Below, one piece after another: positions 60,337 to 64,000 of a stretch of 64,000 nt of DNA. Location: contig CAKTVV010000012.1 of NCBI GenBank assembly GCA_934630515.1, positions 7,578 through 71,577 on the forward strand, read 5' to 3'. The stretch is from an uncultured Eubacteriales bacterium. Its GTDB lineage: Bacteria > Bacillota > Clostridia > Oscillospirales > Acutalibacteraceae. The notes below the pieces were generated by a model. That model worked only from the letters and a program-made list of their open reading frames with translations. It was not told the DNA's origin and ran no database searches. How positions within the stretch are numbered: position 1 is the first letter of the stretch; each line of letters opens with the position of its first letter. The position numbers were made by a program, and so were the translations under genes.

Positions 60337-61446
60337 TCAAGACGCTTTCAGCCGTTTCAGGAGCTCCCGGAAGGGCGCTTGCGTTTTTACCAGATCAAAG
60401 CAGGGCTCATCAAGATTATATAATAATTGCTCTTTTAAGGTTCCCTCCCAATTGGTGCCCGCTTTTTGGGGGTTCCAGGTCAATCGGCTCAGAAACACGG
60501 ATGCATATGTCTGTTCACCCCAATCCGAAACACTGTCATATCTGTTTGCACACGTTTCCGCCAGCAACAAATACCGCATCGTCCGGTCGCTGTCCCGCTG
60601 CTGACAAAACAGCTTCGCTATCATCAAATAATACAGCGACAGCCGGCAATTATAGAACAAGCTGTTTTCATCGCCTTCTAAAATAATTTGATATAGCTTA
60701 ATGGCGGTTTCAATACACTTAACCCGTTCATCTATGCCGAACACCTGCCGCAGGTCGCTGCGGCAAGCCATTTCATACAGTATCCCGCAGCAGTAGTCCA
60801 TCATCTGCATCAGATTTTCCTGCTCCTGCCTGAGCGCCTCTTCCCCTGTATAAATGCGGCTAAGCAGATTTTCTCTGCACAGCAGCATCTCGGGCATACT
60901 CTCGGCAAGCCGTATGGCTTCATCCTTTTTCCCGATTTTGGGGTAATTATAGCAGAGAATTTGAATCGCACTCTGTCGGAATCCATCCACCGTGCAATCC
61001 TCCAAAACTCTTTCGCACAACCGGATCGCCTCTTCTGTGAAGTTATGCTCTCGGCTATATTGCTGCTGTGCGGCAGTCGCACAATAGGACACCAATCCGT
61101 AGGCGAGATTCAGCATCCATTGATAATTCCGCGGGTGCTGCTCCAGCACCTTCCGGGCAAGTTCGATTTTTTCCAAAACCTTGCCCTTGCGGTTCAGAAT
61201 CAGATACTGCTCTTCGTATTGTCTGAGTTCCAAGTCATTTTCCGCCGGTTTCACATTCAGCAGTTCGTCGGCAGACACACCGAAAAAACCGGCCAGCTTC
61301 GGGAGCAGCGTAATGTCCGGTAAGGTAAGACCGTTTTCCCACTTGGATACCGCCTGAGCGGATACATTCAGATGATCCGCCAGCTTTTCCTGGGTCACAT
61401 TTTGCGCCTTTCTGAGTTCTTTGATCTTCTCGCCGATTTTCAGCAT
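60337..61446 (-). CDS. XRE-family HTH regulator with a ~300-aa TPR-like C-terminal domain (RNPP-like architecture)
   Basis: HTH KELRKAQNVTQEKLADHLNVSAQAVSKWENG. GGGGTGA RBS precedes ATG 61446 (the track start 61695 is an upstream extension). Confidence 0.8.
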   Translation of the reverse strand: MLKIGEKIKELRKAQNVTQEKLADHLNVSAQAVSKWENGLTLPDITLLPKLAGFFGVSADELLNVKPAENDLELRQYEEQYLILNRKGKVLEKIELARKVLEQHPRNYQWMLNLAYGLVSYCATAAQQQYSREHNFTEEAIRLCERVLEDCTVDGFRQSAIQILCYNYPKIGKKDEAIRLAESMPEMLLCRENLLSRIYTGEEALRQEQENLMQMMDYCCGILYEMACRSDLRQVFGIDERVKCIETAIKLYQIILEGDENSLFYNCRLSLYYLMIAKLFCQQRDSDRTMRYLLLAETCANRYDSVSDWGEQTYASVFLSRLTWNPQKAGTNWEGTLKEQLLYNLDEPCFDLVKTQAPFRELLKRLKAS

Positions 61447-61671
61447 TCCATTCACCCCGTTTTTTATTGGAAAGCGCTTTCCGAACTTATTATAAAGCCA
61501 TTTCTTAAAAATTACCATACCGTATCCGGTTACCTGTTCACAACCGCCGGTTGAGCAAGCGCCCCTATCCATGATGACCGCCGGGATTCGGCGCAAAAAT
61601 ACTACGGCCTGCGCAAAAGCGAAAAGCGGGAATCTGGCCGGAGACCGTGTCCCGTCGGATTCCCGCTCCCT

Positions 61672-61783
61672 TCCGCCGGCTTGGATGGAGAGCAATGGCT
61701 ACTGCTGGTGGTGGCGCTGCTGTGTCTGGCGATGTAACAAGATCAAACCGCCCGGAGAAGTTCTCCGGGCGGTTCGCTGCGCT
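61672..61783 (+). repeat. direct repeat copy 2 (truncated relic plus hairpin 61746-61774)
   Basis: It would encode ...LDGEQWLLLVVALLCLAM* with no start codon upstream. It ends at the first base of the stop codon (61783-61785) of the XRE/Cys-repeat gene. Confidence 0.8.
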
Positions 61784-62478
61784 TAACGATACAGGATATC
61801 GCCGTGGCACTCCACGTTGCCCTCGATTTTTTGACATTCCACGGTTCCGCCGCACTGCACATCGCCGGTAATGCTCTTGCCGCAGCTGACATGATCGCCG
61901 CAGTTGACGGCGCCGTGGATGCTTCTGCCGCAAGCAAGATTATCGCCGCAGTTGACGGCGCCGTTGATATCCCCGGCACAGGAGATGTTGTTCCGGCACT
62001 CCCGGACATCGCCGTTGATGTCATTGCATTCAATATTTCTATGACAAACAACATCTCCATTAATACTCGCGTCGCAGTTTAAATTGCCCATGACTTCGAC
62101 CTTAAAATATTGCCGGGTCTTTTCGTTGCATTCCTTTGGAAATGATACGTTGATCCAGCCGTTTTCGTCGGTAGACTCTAAAATTTTCTTTCCCAACGTC
62201 CGGAACACCCGGATTGTGTTATCGTCATTCCACGGCAGCTCGGAGCAAAGATCGTAGTGAATTTCCTTTTCGCACGGTCGTCCGAACAATTCGTCGATGC
62301 TGATGGCGAAAACATCGGCAAGCAGCGGCAATAAATAGATATCCGGGCAGCACTGGGCGGATTCCCATTTGGATACCGCCTGATTGGTCACGCCCAATTT
62401 CCGGGCAAGCTCCTCCTGCGTCAGTCCCTGTCTTTTCCGGTAAAACGCAATGGTGTCCTGCAGCTTCAGGGTTTCCAT
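61783..62478 (-). CDS. XRE-family HTH regulator fused to a Cys-ladder 16-residue repeat domain
   Basis: HTH RKRQGLTQEELARKLGVTNQAVSKWES. C-terminal residues 131-229 carry 12 Cys at alternating 10/6 spacing. Confidence 0.8.
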   Translation of the reverse strand: METLKLQDTIAFYRKRQGLTQEELARKLGVTNQAVSKWESAQCCPDIYLLPLLADVFAISIDELFGRPCEKEIHYDLCSELPWNDDNTIRVFRTLGKKILESTDENGWINVSFPKECNEKTRQYFKVEVMGNLNCDASINGDVVCHRNIECNDINGDVRECRNNISCAGDINGAVNCGDNLACGRSIHGAVNCGDHVSCGKSITGDVQCGGTVECQKIEGNVECHGDILYR

Positions 62479-62681
62479 AGAGTCTCTCCTTTACAGCTTT
62501 TTCGTAGCTACACCCCTATTGTATCCGATATTTCGGCTGTGCGCAATAACGCAGCTGTTGGATTTTTCCAACCGGCGGTTGGAAAGCGGTTGTTGGCTTT
62601 ATCCCGCCGGTTCCTGCGTCATCTGCCGCCGGCGTGAAATACCGCAAGCACTTTTTTCGTTGTTCGTCTTCTTTTACACAC

Positions 62682-62742
62682 AAAAAAAGCAGCACCCGTT
62701 TGCCCATCTTCCAAGACCTGATGATGTGCAAACGGATGCTGC
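62682..62742 (-). terminator. rho-independent terminator of the amino-acid ABC transporter operon
   Basis: Stem GCAGCAcCCGTTTGC / GCAAACGGaTGCTGC (62689-62742) with a 24-nt loop, followed by a 7-T run on the minus strand. Confidence 0.65.
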
Positions 62743-62883
62743 CGCATCCACTACCCGGTGGCAGTTCCTATTGAATTGTGTGTATTATACCACAAGCGGA
62801 TCGGCTATGCAAACCCCTTATAGGCAAGCAGCGGCCGTTTCCCGCCGGGCGGTACATCCGGCGCTGCCGGTGTGTATGCCCCG

Positions 62884-63639
62884 TCAATTCTGCTGATAGC
62901 TGCGCAGGAACTGCCGGGTGCGCTCATTTTGGGTGTTGCCGAATACCGCCTCCGGCGCCCCCTGCTCCACGATCACACCGCCGTCCATGAAGATCACCCG
63001 ATCCGACACCGCCCGGGCGAAGGACATCTCGTGGGTGACGATCACCATGGTCATTTTTTCCTCCGCCAGCTGACGGATCACCTTCAGCACCTCACCGGTC
63101 AGCTCCGGATCCAGCGCCGAGGTGGGCTCGTCAAAAAACAGAATTTCCGGCTGCATCGCCAGCGCCCGCACGATGGACACCCGCTGCTGCTGCCCGCCGG
63201 ACAGCTGGCAGGGATAGGCATTCGCCTTGTCCTCCAGCCCCATCTTCCGCAGCAGCTCCATGACCTCCTCCTGCACCTGCGCCCGGGGACGCCCCAGCAC
63301 CGACACCGGCGCATCGGTGCAGTTTTTCAGCACCGTATAGTGGGGGAACAGATTAAAGCTCTGAAATACCAACCCGAACCGGGTGCGGAACGGCTTCAGG
63401 TTCTTCGCATACACCGTCTTGCCGTTCTCCTCCCAGGCTGCCGCCTCCCCCATATACCGCAGCGTGCCGCCGTCCAGCGTTTCCAGGAGGGTGGCACAGC
63501 GCAGCAGAGTGGATTTGCCGCTGCCGGAGGGGCCGATGACCGACACCACCTCGCCCTTATCCACCGTCAGAGAAATATCCTGAAGCACCTGCACCTCTCC
63601 AAAGGACTTGCGGGCGTTTTCAATGGTCAGAATGTTCAT
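62884..63639 (-). CDS. amino acid ABC transporter ATP-binding protein (GlnQ-like)
   Basis: Walker [25 protein letters not shown] signature and Walker [24 protein letters not shown] precedes ATG 63639. Confidence 0.9.
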   Translation of the reverse strand: MNILTIENARKSFGEVQVLQDISLTVDKGEVVSVIGPSGSGKSTLLRCATLLETLDGGTLRYMGEAAAWEENGKTVYAKNLKPFRTRFGLVFQSFNLFPHYTVLKNCTDAPVSVLGRPRAQVQEEVMELLRKMGLEDKANAYPCQLSGGQQQRVSIVRALAMQPEILFFDEPTSALDPELTGEVLKVIRQLAEEKMTMVIVTHEMSFARAVSDRVIFMDGGVIVEQGAPEAVFGNTQNERTRQFLRSYQQN

Positions 63640-63652
63640 GCTGCGTCCCTCC

Positions 63653-64000
63653 TCAGCGATAGTAATCCAGCGCCTTTTCCAGCCGCTGCATACCGAACGC
63701 CACCAGATAGTTGAAGATATAATAGAACACGGCGGCGGCGGCAAAGGCGATCATGCCCGGCGAATGAGGTGCCACGGCGATCTGCTTGGCCCGGGTGAAC
63801 ATCTCCACCATGCCCAGCACCGACGCCAGCGAGGTATCCTTGACCAGCGTAATGACCTCATTCGTCACCGGCGGCACCACCCGCTTGATCATCTGGGGCA
63901 GAATGATCTTGCCGAAGGTCTGCACCCGGGTATACCCCAGCACCTGCGCCGCCTCCTGCTGCCCCAACGGGATCGACTGAATGCCCGCCCGGTAGATCTC
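63653..64000 (-). CDS. amino acid ABC transporter permease (partial; N-terminus beyond the window end)
   Basis: EAA loop [22 protein letters not shown]. The frame stays open to the window edge. Confidence 0.85.
   Translation of the reverse strand, partial: EIYRAGIQSIPLGQQEAAQVLGYTRVQTFGKIILPQMIKRVVPPVTNEVITLVKDTSLASVLGMVEMFTRAKQIAVAPHSPGMIAFAAAAVFYYIFNYLVAFGMQRLEKALDYYR

Overview
High-GC (about 60-65% by eye) Firmicutes/Clostridia-type chromosomal segment. Supporting signs are an intact sporulation sigma-K gene, AGGAGG-type RBSs, TTGACA/TATAAT promoters, frequent ATGA stop/start overlaps and dockerin modules. Region 1-15.8 kb holds mixed housekeeping genes: alkA-ogt, an HD protein, a SAM methyltransferase, an orphan eutS-eutP pair, mrp, a TIGR01440 protein, a DUF2461 protein, an EamA transporter, sigK, a degraded IS3 element, a LysR regulator, a cation/H+ antiporter coupled to an MgtC protein, a phosphodiester glycosidase and rplM-rpsI. 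Region 16-23 kb holds a minus-strand operon (GH-like protein, metallophosphoesterase, MgtC, secreted protein) with a divergent AraC regulator. Region 23.2-53.8 kb is the most interesting part. It is one co-directional block of 15 genes on the minus strand behind a single near-consensus promoter. It encodes two ATPase-less sugar ABC importers, five paralogous beta-helix modules, two dockerin proteins (one combining an SGNH esterase and a calcineurin-type phosphoesterase) and a 1348-aa tandem jelly-roll array protein with a C-terminal anchor. It also encodes an NHL/TPR-Yip1 membrane protein, a large lipoprotein, an ADP-ribosylglycohydrolase and a sugar-phosphate isomerase. I could not recognise a classical glycoside hydrolase motif inside it. 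Region 54-64 kb holds an anchored SGNH hydrolase, a GNAT gene downstream of a promoter overlapped by a perfect 17-bp inverted repeat, tRNA-Pro(CGG) and two YfcE-type phosphodiesterases. It also has three small overlapping ORFs, two visibly AT-richer XRE regulators (one TPR-type, one with a Cys-ladder repeat) each followed by a copy of the same direct repeat, and the end of an amino-acid ABC transporter. Non-coding signals worth attention are a shared 3'-UTR motif with an anti-SD-like CUCCCUCCCUU core at two operon ends, and a triple structured repeat in a 630-bp convergent intergenic region. All family calls come from motif recognition by eye. No database search was run.
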